DNA of 64,000 nt from a virus. The number at the start of each line of letters is the position of its first letter. Position 1 is the first letter of the stretch. The stretch spans positions 1-64,000 of the IMG/VR virus record IMGVR_UViG_3300032053_000017; one strand, written 5' to 3'. Below, one piece after another: positions 9,147 through 18,456 of this stretch. Both the position numbers and the translations under genes were made by a program. The notes beneath the pieces are model-generated. The model was not told the DNA's origin and made no database searches. It saw nothing but the letters and a program-made list of their open reading frames with translations.

Positions 9147-10199
9147 ATGGCACACGCAGTAGAGACCGCAGCCTACGCTGACACGCCTGCATGGCATGGC
9201 GTAGGAACAGTTGTCAAGGGGGCTATGTCGACCGCCGAAGTAGCGCAGCTGGCGGGCATCGACTGGGATGTCGAACTGCGCAAAGTCTACACGTCGATAG
9301 GTGGCCGCTACGTGCCGCTCACGGATGCCGACCCCTGCGGGGCCAGGTTCGTGGTAGCGCGGAAGACGGACGGACGCCGGCTGGGCGTCGTGGGTAAGCG
9401 CTACCGGCCGATCCAGAACGCCCAGGCCATCAGCTTCCTGGATGAGCTCATCAGCAAGGAGGGGCTCGAGTGGGAGGCCGCGGGCTCACTCCACAACGGG
9501 GCCAAGATCTGGGCGCTGGTCCGGATCCCGGATGAGATCGTCATCGGTAGCAAGCGGGACATCACGCACCCGTTCCTGTTGGTCACGACAGCTCACGACG
9601 GTAGCTCACGCGCCAAGGTGTTGCCGACGGCCGTCCGGGTCGTCTGCGACAACACTCTCAGGGCCGCGCTCTGGGAGGGCGACAAGGACCTCACGGTCGA
9701 GATCCCCCACCTGGGCGACATCCGTACCAAGGTCGCCGCGGCGCGGCAGATCCTCGGCATCAGCGTGGACCTCTTCAAGCTCTACGGCACGGCCATGAAC
9801 CAGCTTGCGACCGTCGACGGGCTCCCGCTCGTCGGGCCGCTGCTGGACACACTGTTCCCGCCGAAGACAAAGCTTGAGGGCGTCGACAAGGAGGACAAGC
9901 GGCGCATGGTCAAGGTCGACGGCATCACTGAACTGTTCCGTGCCGGTGGTGATGAGTCGGCATGGGGCCTGCTCAACGGCGTGACCGAATTCGTTGACCA
10001 CGTACTCGCCCACAGCTCGACGCGTGACGCACGGTCGCGGCCGAAGGCTGACGGGGTCATGGACTCGGCGCTCTTCAACCGTGGGGCCGATCTGAAGTCG
10101 TCGGCTGCGAGCATCCTGCTCACGATGACCGGGATCTACGACAACATGCAGAGCGACCTGGACGCCATGAAGGTCCGGGTGCGCCAGGGTATCAAGTAA
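9147..10199 (+). CDS. DUF932 family phage/plasmid protein
   Basis: AWHGVG, LGVVG.RY.PIQN, AGSL..G, HDGS, RVVC.NTL, AWGLLNGVTEFVDH. Confidence 0.85.
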   Translation: MAHAVETAAYADTPAWHGVGTVVKGAMSTAEVAQLAGIDWDVELRKVYTSIGGRYVPLTDADPCGARFVVARKTDGRRLGVVGKRYRPIQNAQAISFLDELISKEGLEWEAAGSLHNGAKIWALVRIPDEIVIGSKRDITHPFLLVTTAHDGSSRAKVLPTAVRVVCDNTLRAALWEGDKDLTVEIPHLGDIRTKVAAARQILGISVDLFKLYGTAMNQLATVDGLPLVGPLLDTLFPPKTKLEGVDKEDKRRMVKVDGITELFRAGGDESAWGLLNGVTEFVDHVLAHSSTRDARSRPKADGVMDSALFNRGADLKSSAASILLTMTGIYDNMQSDLDAMKVRVRQGIK

Positions 10200-10203
10200 C
10201 CGA

Positions 10204-10250
10204 GGAGGGGCTTCCCGCCCCTCCGCGTGCCCGCCATTGGGCGGGCGCAC
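10204..10250 (+). terminator. GC-rich double hairpin after the DUF932 gene (possible terminator or processing site)
   Basis: GGAGGGGC-ttccc-GCCCCTCC, then a GCCCGCC/GGCGGGC stem; no U-tract. Confidence 0.4.
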
Positions 10251-10271
10251 GATAGGGCAGGAGGTACAGGG

Positions 10272-10577
10272 ATGAGGGTGGTGCTTGAGAGCTACGATGA
10301 CCATCTGACGGTCGTAACACCGACAGGCGCGCAGATCGATATCGAGGCTACCGAGGTCAAGAAGTCGATCAGCGTGAGCGGTACGTCCGACCAGATCGTT
10401 ATTCGCGCGCGACTGCCGATCAAGGTCAGCGAGGCATACACGGTGGGTCGTCGCGGGCACAGGGAGTGCAAGATCCTTGTGGGTAAGGACAACTGGGACA
10501 ACGTTGAGCCGCTTGACGCTGAGCCGCTCAGAGAGGATGAAAAGGACGACGAGGTCTATAGGCTCGTACTTGACTGA
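10272..10577 (+). CDS. Hypothetical protein
   Basis: GGAGG RBS before ATG. Confidence 0.55.
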   Translation: MRVVLESYDDHLTVVTPTGAQIDIEATEVKKSISVSGTSDQIVIRARLPIKVSEAYTVGRRGHRECKILVGKDNWDNVEPLDAEPLREDEKDDEVYRLVLD

Positions 10578-10607
10578 GTAAGTCAGGACAGATTAGGAGG
10601 TGCGGCA

Positions 10608-10919
10608 ATGCCGCTCGATATCAAAAAGGCCATCTCAACGCAAAGCATCGGACAGGGACGCTGCCCTTTCCGCGGGCTTCCGCACTACCCGCTTGACGAG
10701 CGGTGCCCGAGCACGGTGCCGGTCATTGAGGGCAGCACGGATCCAGAGCCCCGTAACTATGATGTTTTTCCGGTCCCTGTGGTCCGCCTGGACAGCCCTT
10801 GTGCCGTGTGCCTAGGCAACCGCGCGCGGGAACGTGACGCGGGGGAGTCAGTGTCAACTCAGACCCGAGAACACCACCCCCGTCGCATGGCGATCGCACG
10901 TCGGAGGCGCAGCAGGTGA
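10608..10919 (+). CDS. Hypothetical protein
   Basis: AGGAGG RBS. Confidence 0.5.
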   Translation: MPLDIKKAISTQSIGQGRCPFRGLPHYPLDERCPSTVPVIEGSTDPEPRNYDVFPVPVVRLDSPCAVCLGNRARERDAGESVSTQTREHHPRRMAIARRRRSR

Positions 10920-11191
10920 GCGAGACCACGTTCTGGACCTGGCCAATCAATGACACTACGCAGATGCGGGTCTCGGTGCAGCTCTGGCATGGCCGGTATG
11001 CACTCGATATCCGCAAGTACTGGATCAAGCCTGGGGACGAGGGGTTCACGCCTACCAAGCTTGGGGTTAAGGTCTATATGGACATGCTGCCATCGTTTCT
11101 GGCCGCGGTGGTTGAGGCAGCTCGGATGGTCGACCAGCTTGAGAGTGTAAAGGTTTTGGAGGATCCTGCCGATAATAAGGGTAGGAGGTGA
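10916..11191 (+). CDS. PC4/p15-like ssDNA-binding protein
   Basis: W.GRYALDIRKYW......PTKLGV, the PC4 signature. Confidence 0.8.
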   Translation: MSETTFWTWPINDTTQMRVSVQLWHGRYALDIRKYWIKPGDEGFTPTKLGVKVYMDMLPSFLAAVVEAARMVDQLESVKVLEDPADNKGRR

Positions 11192-11194
11192 ATC

Positions 11195-11437
11195 ATGAGA
11201 AACATTGTAAAATGCACCTGCGGGGGCACTTTACGGCCGGTTATCGACAGTGAGTCGGGTTTGACCCGTATCAAGTGCGACTCTCCGACGCATCGGTCGG
11301 GCTCGGCGAGGGCTCTTGAGATAGAGGGTATCTCGGTTATCCCGGCTGGCAGGGACAGTCTATGGTCGGCGCTGCAGGTTCGAGACGATGATGATCCACC
11401 TGACCCGAGAGGGTGCTCTGGATCATCGCACAGGTGA
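11195..11437 (+). CDS. Small Zn-ribbon hypothetical protein
   Basis: CTCGG...C; AGGAGG RBS. Confidence 0.45.
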   Translation: MRNIVKCTCGGTLRPVIDSESGLTRIKCDSPTHRSGSARALEIEGISVIPAGRDSLWSALQVRDDDDPPDPRGCSGSSHR

Positions 11438-11596
11438 GGTTATGGTAAACATCTACGAGATAGGTCGGTTCTACGGCAGGTCCCGTCCGTACGGCGCCAG
11501 GCAGGCCCTCAGGTGTGAGGCCCTCCTGTCCTGGGGGCGAACCAAGAGGCTCGTTTTTCTGGCCGGGTTCGGGCGCGGCCGCCAGGAGATAGGGTC

Positions 11597-11803
11597 ATGA
11601 GGCAACCAGACGAGGACGAGAGCGAGGGGTATCGTGTGGAGGCGGCGTTCGACTCTGGCCACAGGCTGGATCCTGAGCCGTGCGCCTGCGGCGGTGAGTG
11701 GCGCGAGACGGGGTACGACCGGAACTATTGCGGCGCTGAGTTCGCGGAGTTTGAGTGCACCGGCTGCGGGCGGCTGGAGGCCGTAGTGGGAGATCTGCGA
11801 TGA
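11597..11803 (+). CDS. Small Zn-ribbon hypothetical protein
   Basis: CACGG...CTGCG. Confidence 0.5.
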   Translation: MRQPDEDESEGYRVEAAFDSGHRLDPEPCACGGEWRETGYDRNYCGAEFAEFECTGCGRLEAVVGDLR

Positions 11804-12231
11804 AGCATCCTGCGTGTGGTCATAGACTGATCTGTGGGTGCGAGCACGGGGCCGACTGTTGCGAGCAGTGCCCTTTGAAGACCTGCATATTTGACGCGCT
11901 TGACGCGGGCCTGACGTCTGCGCGCTCCTATATCGGCATGCACCAGATACTCAAGCGGAGACACAGCGCGCCTAAGCGACAAGACCGTATCAACGCGCTT
12001 GAGACGCTGAGGGACCGCTGCGAGGCTGCCAAGCAGCACGCGTTGAGCACTATCGTGCAGCGGCAGGCCGCGCTGCGACCGGCTGTTACGAGGTTGCCAG
12101 ATGAAGCACGCCCCTGTCCGCGAGGGCATGGATGGTTATTTCGCGAGCGCAACGACTACCACTGTCTCGTCTGCGGCCACCGCGAGCCGGCGGGACGGTT
12201 TTTCGATGCGGACACGACTCGGGTATCATAA
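11800..12231 (+). CDS. Cys-rich hypothetical protein
   Basis: Multiple CxxC motifs; ATGA overlap. Confidence 0.5.
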   Translation: MKHPACGHRLICGCEHGADCCEQCPLKTCIFDALDAGLTSARSYIGMHQILKRRHSAPKRQDRINALETLRDRCEAAKQHALSTIVQRQAALRPAVTRLPDEARPCPRGHGWLFRERNDYHCLVCGHREPAGRFFDADTTRVS

Positions 12232-12264
12232 GTATTAGGACGGTTAGTAGGCAGGAGGACCAGC

Positions 12265-12792
12265 ATGACGAAGATAGGTGTGGTAGGTCCGACGCGCAAC
12301 GTCAGCTCACTGGTCGTGGTGGACTTCATCCGGCGACTTGCGGCAGATACCGTTGTGGTAGCCGGGGGTGCGCGGGGGGTTCAGGAGGCGGCGGTGTGGG
12401 CGGCCGAGAGTCGAGGGCTTAAGACAGAGATACACCGGCCAGACTTTGGCAGCCGGCAGCGCTCCGTGGAGCAGAAGGAGCAGGATAAGTGGGCTGCCCT
12501 CGACAAGGCAACGGACGAGCTGATTGAGGCCAGCGACGAGCTGCACGCGTTCGTAAAGTATGGCGAGCGCGCGAACAGTGTGCTGACAGCCATGGTGAAG
12601 GCCAAGCGTCTAGGTAAGCCTGTGACTGTGCACTACGATGCCCCAGGCGGGACCGCTGAGGTGCTGGTGCCGAGCCTGCCATCGCCGCTGCGGCGCTCTC
12701 TCGCGGAGTTCATCTTCACGTGGGAACGGCGCGGCACGCAGACTGGCCGGTTCGCCGCATCCAAGCCGAACGTCAGTCAGGTGGAGCGATGA
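12265..12792 (+). CDS. SLOG/DprA-like (YspA/DUF2493-type) Rossmann-fold protein
   Basis: IGVVGPTR, VVAGGARGV, D.L.AF, AKRLGKPV. Confidence 0.7.
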   Translation: MTKIGVVGPTRNVSSLVVVDFIRRLAADTVVVAGGARGVQEAAVWAAESRGLKTEIHRPDFGSRQRSVEQKEQDKWAALDKATDELIEASDELHAFVKYGERANSVLTAMVKAKRLGKPVTVHYDAPGGTAEVLVPSLPSPLRRSLAEFIFTWERRGTQTGRFAASKPNVSQVER

Positions 12793-13148
12793 TAGCTGAG
12801 ATCGCCGGCGTGGCGTTCCTGATCGCGGTCGTCGCGTTGTCGGCGATTGCCCTCATCCGCGGGCGCAGGCGGCAGCGCGCGTACGACGATATCATGGTCG
12901 AGATCTTGAAGGTGAGCAACTCGGCCCTATTGCTCGCCGTTGGTACGATACGGGAGCAGACGGCTAGGTACGACGAGCTCATGGGGATCCTGAAGGACCT
13001 CGATCTATACATGGACTTCGGCGAGCCGGTGCGCAACGGTGAGGGCAAGATGATGGTAGCCGATTCTGCGCGGTTGAACAGTGTATTCAGCAGGGCGCAC
13101 GAACTGCTGCAGGACTTGGACTCTGGAGATGTTCGGACTAACTCCTGA
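12789..13148 (+). CDS. Membrane-anchored hypothetical protein
   Basis: N-terminal TM helix followed by RGRRR. Confidence 0.55.
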   Translation: MIAEIAGVAFLIAVVALSAIALIRGRRRQRAYDDIMVEILKVSNSALLLAVGTIREQTARYDELMGILKDLDLYMDFGEPVRNGEGKMMVADSARLNSVFSRAHELLQDLDSGDVRTNS

Positions 13149-13575
13149 TATGATCTTGGCGACCGCTGCGGCCGGCCAGTCGGTGGTGTTCTACCCGATG
13201 GTCGTGCGCAATTGGCGGCGCCACTACTGCCACTTTCCGCTGTACATCTCTGCCTTGAAGATAGCATTCTTGGTGGGGTCGTTCATCGGGTTCGTGGCTG
13301 CGGGACTGCCGATGGCCGCCGCGGTAGTGGTGGTCGATGTCGGCGCGTGGATCGTGCTCGCTGCGCAGCGGCAGGTATGGGGTGATGGCGGAGCGCTGGG
13401 GCAGCGGGCGGCTGAAGAAGCAGAATATCAAATGGATGGGACGCCGATACGGTGCAGACTTCGTTTTCACTATTGGGGTGCGTGGCATGTGGTCATAACG
13501 GATGAGTGGGCATACACAGAGCGGCACTGTAGCCGGTGTTTGGCGACTCAGGTCAGATAGGTGCCAGGGCGGTTG

Positions 13576-13605
13576 TTTACCGCTCGGGTGGTCTTGCGGT
13601 ATAAT
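13576..13605 (+). promoter_or_regulatory. Sigma70-like promoter
   Basis: TTTACC-N18-TATAAT in an intergenic gap. Confidence 0.45.
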
Positions 13606-13634
13606 GACTATGGCGATATGAAAGGGGCTTCAAG

Positions 13635-13919
13635 GTGAAGGTGGGAGACTACATCCGGCCTAAGGACAGGAGACGACAAGATGAGGTCTTCCTGGTTGAA
13701 AGCATAGAACTCGATATCGACGAGGGGTACCTGGCGAGGGGCGGGACTAAGCAGTTGGCGGCGATGCCGATCCTGTGGCTGAAGGCACCGCCGGGGTCGC
13801 CGTACGATGACAGAATCCTGCAATCGCCGTGGGACTTCGAGGTCATGACGGACTGGTCCAGCAGGGCGATGGGACGGCTTAAGGCATCGTGGCGGAAGAA
13901 AACTGGAGGCATGGGGTGA
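13635..13919 (+). CDS. Hypothetical protein (tandem paralogue A)
   Basis: KVGDYI...ESI..DIDE...L.AP.G.PY. Confidence 0.6.
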   Translation: MKVGDYIRPKDRRRQDEVFLVESIELDIDEGYLARGGTKQLAAMPILWLKAPPGSPYDDRILQSPWDFEVMTDWSSRAMGRLKASWRKKTGGMG

Positions 13920-14200
13920 AGGTAGGGGATTGGATCCAGAATCGGAAGGACCTGAAAGAGGTCTATCAGATCGAGAGCATCATAATCGATATCGACGAGA
14001 CTATGGTGTTCGAGATGCAGCAGGGCGGCGCCAAATTCATCGGTCTTACCCGGGCGCTGGCAGCGCGACCGTTCCTGCGGTTGATGGCACCGGATGGGGC
14101 ACCGTACCCGGATGGGTTTACGCAGTATCCTGCTGATTTTAAGGTTATATCGGAAGAGGAACTGAGGGAGGTAGAGGCGTCATGGCGAACGGTAGAGTAA
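13916..14200 (+). CDS. Hypothetical protein (tandem paralogue B)
   Basis: KVGDWI...ESI..DIDE...L.AP.G.PY. Confidence 0.6.
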   Translation: MKVGDWIQNRKDLKEVYQIESIIIDIDETMVFEMQQGGAKFIGLTRALAARPFLRLMAPDGAPYPDGFTQYPADFKVISEEELREVEASWRTVE

Positions 14201-14655
14201 ACCTTCCGCGCACGGCCGTTCACAAGCTGGCGGACCTGGTATCTCAGGCAGCCGAGCTTGATACCGTTATCAAGCTGAAGAGCCAGCAACTGGATGGACT
14301 GAAGCAGCTGATCCGTGATCTTGTTGAGAAGTATGGGGACCAGCTGCCCATCATCTCCTCGAGCAGGATCATCCCCCTTTCCAACATAGGCAAACAGTTG
14401 CGCGTGACCTACACGACGTCGGCGCCGCGCCTCGACTACGATGAACTGCGCGACAAGGTCGGCGGCGAGGTCTTCATGCGCATCACGCACCCCACGGCGT
14501 GGGAGCTTGTGCCTGAGGATGTCAACAGCGCGATCAACGACGAGCTTCTCAAGGAGTCGGACCTCGTGGCCTGTCTCCGGGATGCGCCGCCGCGTAAGCC
14601 ATCTGTGTCATGGGACATCCTGAAGGGTATCGTGGCGGGGAACGAAGAGGAGTAG
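14182..14655 (+). CDS. Hypothetical protein
   Basis: 157 aa with an N-terminal coiled coil. Confidence 0.55.
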   Translation: MANGRVNLPRTAVHKLADLVSQAAELDTVIKLKSQQLDGLKQLIRDLVEKYGDQLPIISSSRIIPLSNIGKQLRVTYTTSAPRLDYDELRDKVGGEVFMRITHPTAWELVPEDVNSAINDELLKESDLVACLRDAPPRKPSVSWDILKGIVAGNEEE

Positions 14656-14731
14656 ATCAACGGACGCGCCGCACTACAAGCCGCTTACACCGAAGCAGGT
14701 TGACAACACCCGCCGGCTGACGCGTGGGGAC

Positions 14732-17281
14732 ATGCCGCCGCTTCTGGTCGCTACCCAGCGGCTGTGGAATGAGGTGCGGAACCCCCGTTGTCAGCAGTGT
14801 GCACTTTCCACCGGCCCCTTGACCGTGTGTATGCTGGGTGATGGGCCGGTGCCTGCGGCGGGCATGATAATCGGCGAGTCGCCAGGGTTCGAGGAGGATC
14901 GTGTTGGGCGGCCGTTCAAGGGGCAGTCAGGGGTCTACCTTGATATCGTTTTGGCTGATGTCGGCCTCAACCGTGATGACCTCTATGTGACCAACGCGGT
15001 CAAGTGTATGCCGCCCAACGCCGGTAAGGAGACCGCGCTTAAGCGCGCCGTGCCTGCGTGCAAACTCTACCTCGAGCAGGAGATCAAGCAGGTCAGTCCG
15101 CGTGCGATCCTGCTGCTTGGCGGTTCAGCGTTGAAGTCGCTGACCGGCAAGGAGGGCATCACTAACATGCGGGGTCATGAGTACTATGATGAGGCGCTCA
15201 AGGCGTGGGTTGTGGTCGCGATGCACCCGACGTGGGTAGCACAGCACCCACATGGGCATGACAATTTCTACTCAGATCTGGCTAGGTTCGCTAGGCGCGT
15301 GCGTGGCGAAGAGATCCCTGAGCCGGTGGTCAGGTTCTGTATGACTCGTGCTGAGGTCGACGCTTGTTTGACGCATTTTGAGGGCGTCGAGCATCCGTTT
15401 GCGTGTGACCTTGAGACTCAGGGCTATTTCGACTTCCGTCCAGGCGCGCGCATCTGGCTGCTTACCATGTCTGATGACCCGCAGCTTGGCTATGTCATCC
15501 CGCTCGAGCATCCGGAGTCGCCGTGGATAGACCATCAGCACTACACGGGTGAACTCTGGGGCCGCCTCAAGCGTCTTCTTGAGCGGAGCAAGACTGTGTG
15601 GCAGAATGCAAAGTTCGACAAGCGCTGGCTAGCTCGGCGTGGCATCAACCCGCCGGTCCAGTTTGATACTATGATCGCGGCCCACCTTCTCAACGAGAAT
15701 CGTAAGGTCGGTCTGGAGGAGCTCGCCGTTGTCGAGCTGGGTGCGTCGCGGTGGGGCAAGGGTAAGATCAAATTCGACCCGCCCGACCCGCTTGAGAAGA
15801 TGGGTATGTATGCTGCGAAGGACGCGGCGTATACCTACGCCCTTTATCGCAAGTTTCGAGAGCAGCTTAGCGCAAACCAAGGCCTGGCACACCTGTATAA
15901 GCACGCTTGTCTGCCGGGCGCGGAGGCGCTGTTGAAGGCTGAGGTTCACGGTATCTGGGTGGACCCGGGGCGGTTCCAGGAGCGTCGCGATGAGACCAAC
16001 ATCAAGGCGGCGGAGATTGTTCGTGCGCTTTATGAGACTATCCCGGCAAACCTGCGCGAACAGGCAGACCTGAAGGCAAAGGAGGCCAAACACGGGCATC
16101 CCTTCTCTTCGCCTGACTTCGTTTCAAGCTGGTTGTTTAGCGCTGAGGGACTTGGTGTTAAGGCGACAAGGTTCACGCCGAAGCGCAAGGATCCTCAGGT
16201 CACGGCCGAGGCGCTTGAGGCCCTCGCTGGGCAGCACCCGGCGGTTGACCTGCTCCTCCAATTGCACCAGCAGGAGAAGCGCCAGGGATTCTTTGTGCAA
16301 TGGGCGGAGTTTCTTGGGCCAGACGGCAGACTGCATCCGTTCAACAATTTGGTAGGTACCAAGACTGGCCGGCGAAGCTGTGCCAATCCTAACCTGCAGC
16401 AGACTCCCCGTGAGATCTATATGCGGTCGATCCTCGGCGCGCCGCCTGGAAAGAAGCTTGCGACAGTTGACTACTCACAGGTTGAGCTGCGTATCGCGGC
16501 GTACCTGTCGGGCGATCCGATCATGCTTTTGGCATTTACCCTTGGACGTGATATCCACGCTTTGACTGCGTCGATGGCGACTGGGAAGTTCGACAAGCTG
16601 GTTGAGGATCGCGGGCTCGTGGGTAAGAACATCGAGGAGTTGCTCTACAACGATGAGTTGTTCGCGGCCGTGAACGCATCCGTGACGAGCGACGAGCGAC
16701 GGATGGCGAAGGCCATCAACTTTGGGTTCCTCTTTGGGATGGGCGCACGAGGATTCCAGGCCTACGCCTGGGAGAACTATGGCATCGTTGTTTCGCTGGA
16801 TGAGGCTATCGCATTCCGCACGCTGTTTTTCATGCTCTATCCGACGCTGACGTCCTGGCACGCGCGTCAGAAGGCCCGCGCATTCCGCTATCATGAGGTT
16901 CCTAACCCAGCGGGTCGGCTACGGCGCTTACTTACTATCTTGTCGTCGGACCATGACATCCAGTCAGCTGCCGAGCGGCAGGCGATCAACGCCCCGGTGC
17001 AGGGTTTCGGTGGCGATCTCACGCTTACGTCCGAGGGTATTTTCAACGACGAGCTGGACTGGTCGGAGTGTGCTATCGTTGGGGACATCCACGACGAGCT
17101 GCTCTTTGAGGTGGACGAGGATAAGGTTGACAAGTGGATGCCGGTCATCAAACAGGTCATGGAGTACCCGCGGCTGCGCGAGTACTTTGGACTCGAGTTC
17201 AGTGTCCCACTTGAGGTCGAGATCAAGGTCGGACAGCACTGGAGTGAGGGTAGGGTATGGGAAGGGAAGACGGCAGCATGA
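14732..17281 (+). CDS. polA: DNA polymerase family A with an N-terminal family-4 uracil-DNA glycosylase domain and a 3'-5' exonuclease (SPO1-like architecture)
   Basis: UDG: CQQC, GESPG..ED, TNAVKC, HP; exonuclease: DLET, NAKFD, YAAKD; polymerase: TGRRS..PNLQ, DYSQVELR, RRMAKAINFG, HDE. Confidence 0.95.
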   Translation: MPPLLVATQRLWNEVRNPRCQQCALSTGPLTVCMLGDGPVPAAGMIIGESPGFEEDRVGRPFKGQSGVYLDIVLADVGLNRDDLYVTNAVKCMPPNAGKETALKRAVPACKLYLEQEIKQVSPRAILLLGGSALKSLTGKEGITNMRGHEYYDEALKAWVVVAMHPTWVAQHPHGHDNFYSDLARFARRVRGEEIPEPVVRFCMTRAEVDACLTHFEGVEHPFACDLETQGYFDFRPGARIWLLTMSDDPQLGYVIPLEHPESPWIDHQHYTGELWGRLKRLLERSKTVWQNAKFDKRWLARRGINPPVQFDTMIAAHLLNENRKVGLEELAVVELGASRWGKGKIKFDPPDPLEKMGMYAAKDAAYTYALYRKFREQLSANQGLAHLYKHACLPGAEALLKAEVHGIWVDPGRFQERRDETNIKAAEIVRALYETIPANLREQADLKAKEAKHGHPFSSPDFVSSWLFSAEGLGVKATRFTPKRKDPQVTAEALEALAGQHPAVDLLLQLHQQEKRQGFFVQWAEFLGPDGRLHPFNNLVGTKTGRRSCANPNLQQTPREIYMRSILGAPPGKKLATVDYSQVELRIAAYLSGDPIMLLAFTLGRDIHALTASMATGKFDKLVEDRGLVGKNIEELLYNDELFAAVNASVTSDERRMAKAINFGFLFGMGARGFQAYAWENYGIVVSLDEAIAFRTLFFMLYPTLTSWHARQKARAFRYHEVPNPAGRLRRLLTILSSDHDIQSAAERQAINAPVQGFGGDLTLTSEGIFNDELDWSECAIVGDIHDELLFEVDEDKVDKWMPVIKQVMEYPRLREYFGLEFSVPLEVEIKVGQHWSEGRVWEGKTAA

Positions 17282-17453
17282 AGGCAATAGACGTCCGCCG
17301 GGCTGGCGAATATGTTAAGTGCGGGCAACTGATCGAGGTCGTCGACGGGCCAGGTGGTGTCGCCTGCGGCGTGGTGCTCCTCGGCAGTGGGGAGTTGCGG
17401 CGCATCGCGCTTAGCGAGCTGCGTGCGGTTCGTCAGAGTCAGGAGGTAAAGGC

Positions 17454-17735
17454 ATGAACTTTGAGACGAGCTATCTGGAGTTCATCGAGGGTCTTATCCG
17501 TGGTGCTGCGCAGGCCAAGTGCTATCGCCATCATGCCCTTATGGGGGCCTACGCGACCATGGCTACTGTGATGCTCGCGGACCTTGTGCCAGGGTCGATG
17601 CTCTACGACGTGATCCGCCCGGGGCGGGATCTGATCGGCGAACCTTTTGGTGGCGCTCCAAGCGACATGAAGATGATCGCGAGCTTTCAGATGCTGTTGA
17701 CGGTGGTAGCAATGACTGAAGGGGTGGCGCTGTGA
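17454..17735 (+). CDS. Hypothetical protein
   Basis: GGAGG RBS; overlapping start and stop codons. Confidence 0.5.
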   Translation: MNFETSYLEFIEGLIRGAAQAKCYRHHALMGAYATMATVMLADLVPGSMLYDVIRPGRDLIGEPFGGAPSDMKMIASFQMLLTVVAMTEGVAL

Positions 17736-18448
17736 ACGAGTACCCGAAGATCCCGACGCTGTTCAAGCGGGGCGATGATCGCAAAGTTATCCCGTTTGAG
17801 TGGAGCGAGCCGGAGTTCGACTATTTGAGAGACAACTCGTGGGAGTTCACCGAAAAGGTGGATGGCACGAATATCCGTGTAGGACTTGAGCCGTTCCCGG
17901 AGTCGTCGGGCCGACCGTATGATGACTGGTTTTTACACATCGCCGGTCGTACGGACAAGTCGGATATCCCGCCGTTCCTGGTGGATAAGCTCATGAGCCT
18001 GTTCACGGCTGACAACCTGAAGGCGCTCTGGCGTGGTCAGAAGAACTGCGAGGAGTGCGGCGGCTTCGGTCGTGTCGGTCCGATGACATGCAGCTGTGTT
18101 GTGCCGTATCCGATCACACTCTATGGCGAAGGCTATGGTGCGCGGATCCAGAAGGGCGGCGGCAACTACATTAAGGACGGCGTGGACTTTGTTTTGTTCG
18201 ACGTCATGGTCGGAGGGATGTGGTTGCGCCGAACAGACGTTCATAGGATCGCTTCTGAACTGGGTATCAAGCATGTGCCGGTCATAGCGAGAGGCTTGTT
18301 GGGGGACGCGATCGATCTAGTCCACCACGGCATCTGCTCTGAGTGGGGACCCTTCACGGCTGAGGGGCTGGTGGCGCGGCCGGCGATAGAGCTTCGCGAT
18401 CGGCGTGGACGTCGGATAATTGGCAAGCTTAAGGAGAAGGACTTTTAG
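17732..18448 (+). CDS. ATP-dependent RNA ligase (Rnl2-like nucleotidyltransferase domain)
   Basis: YPKI, TEKVDGTN (motif I), LYGEGYG (III), FVLFDV (IIIa), EGLV (IV), KLK (V). Confidence 0.85.
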   Translation: MNEYPKIPTLFKRGDDRKVIPFEWSEPEFDYLRDNSWEFTEKVDGTNIRVGLEPFPESSGRPYDDWFLHIAGRTDKSDIPPFLVDKLMSLFTADNLKALWRGQKNCEECGGFGRVGPMTCSCVVPYPITLYGEGYGARIQKGGGNYIKDGVDFVLFDVMVGGMWLRRTDVHRIASELGIKHVPVIARGLLGDAIDLVHHGICSEWGPFTAEGLVARPAIELRDRRGRRIIGKLKEKDF

Positions 18449-18456
18449 GGTCAACT

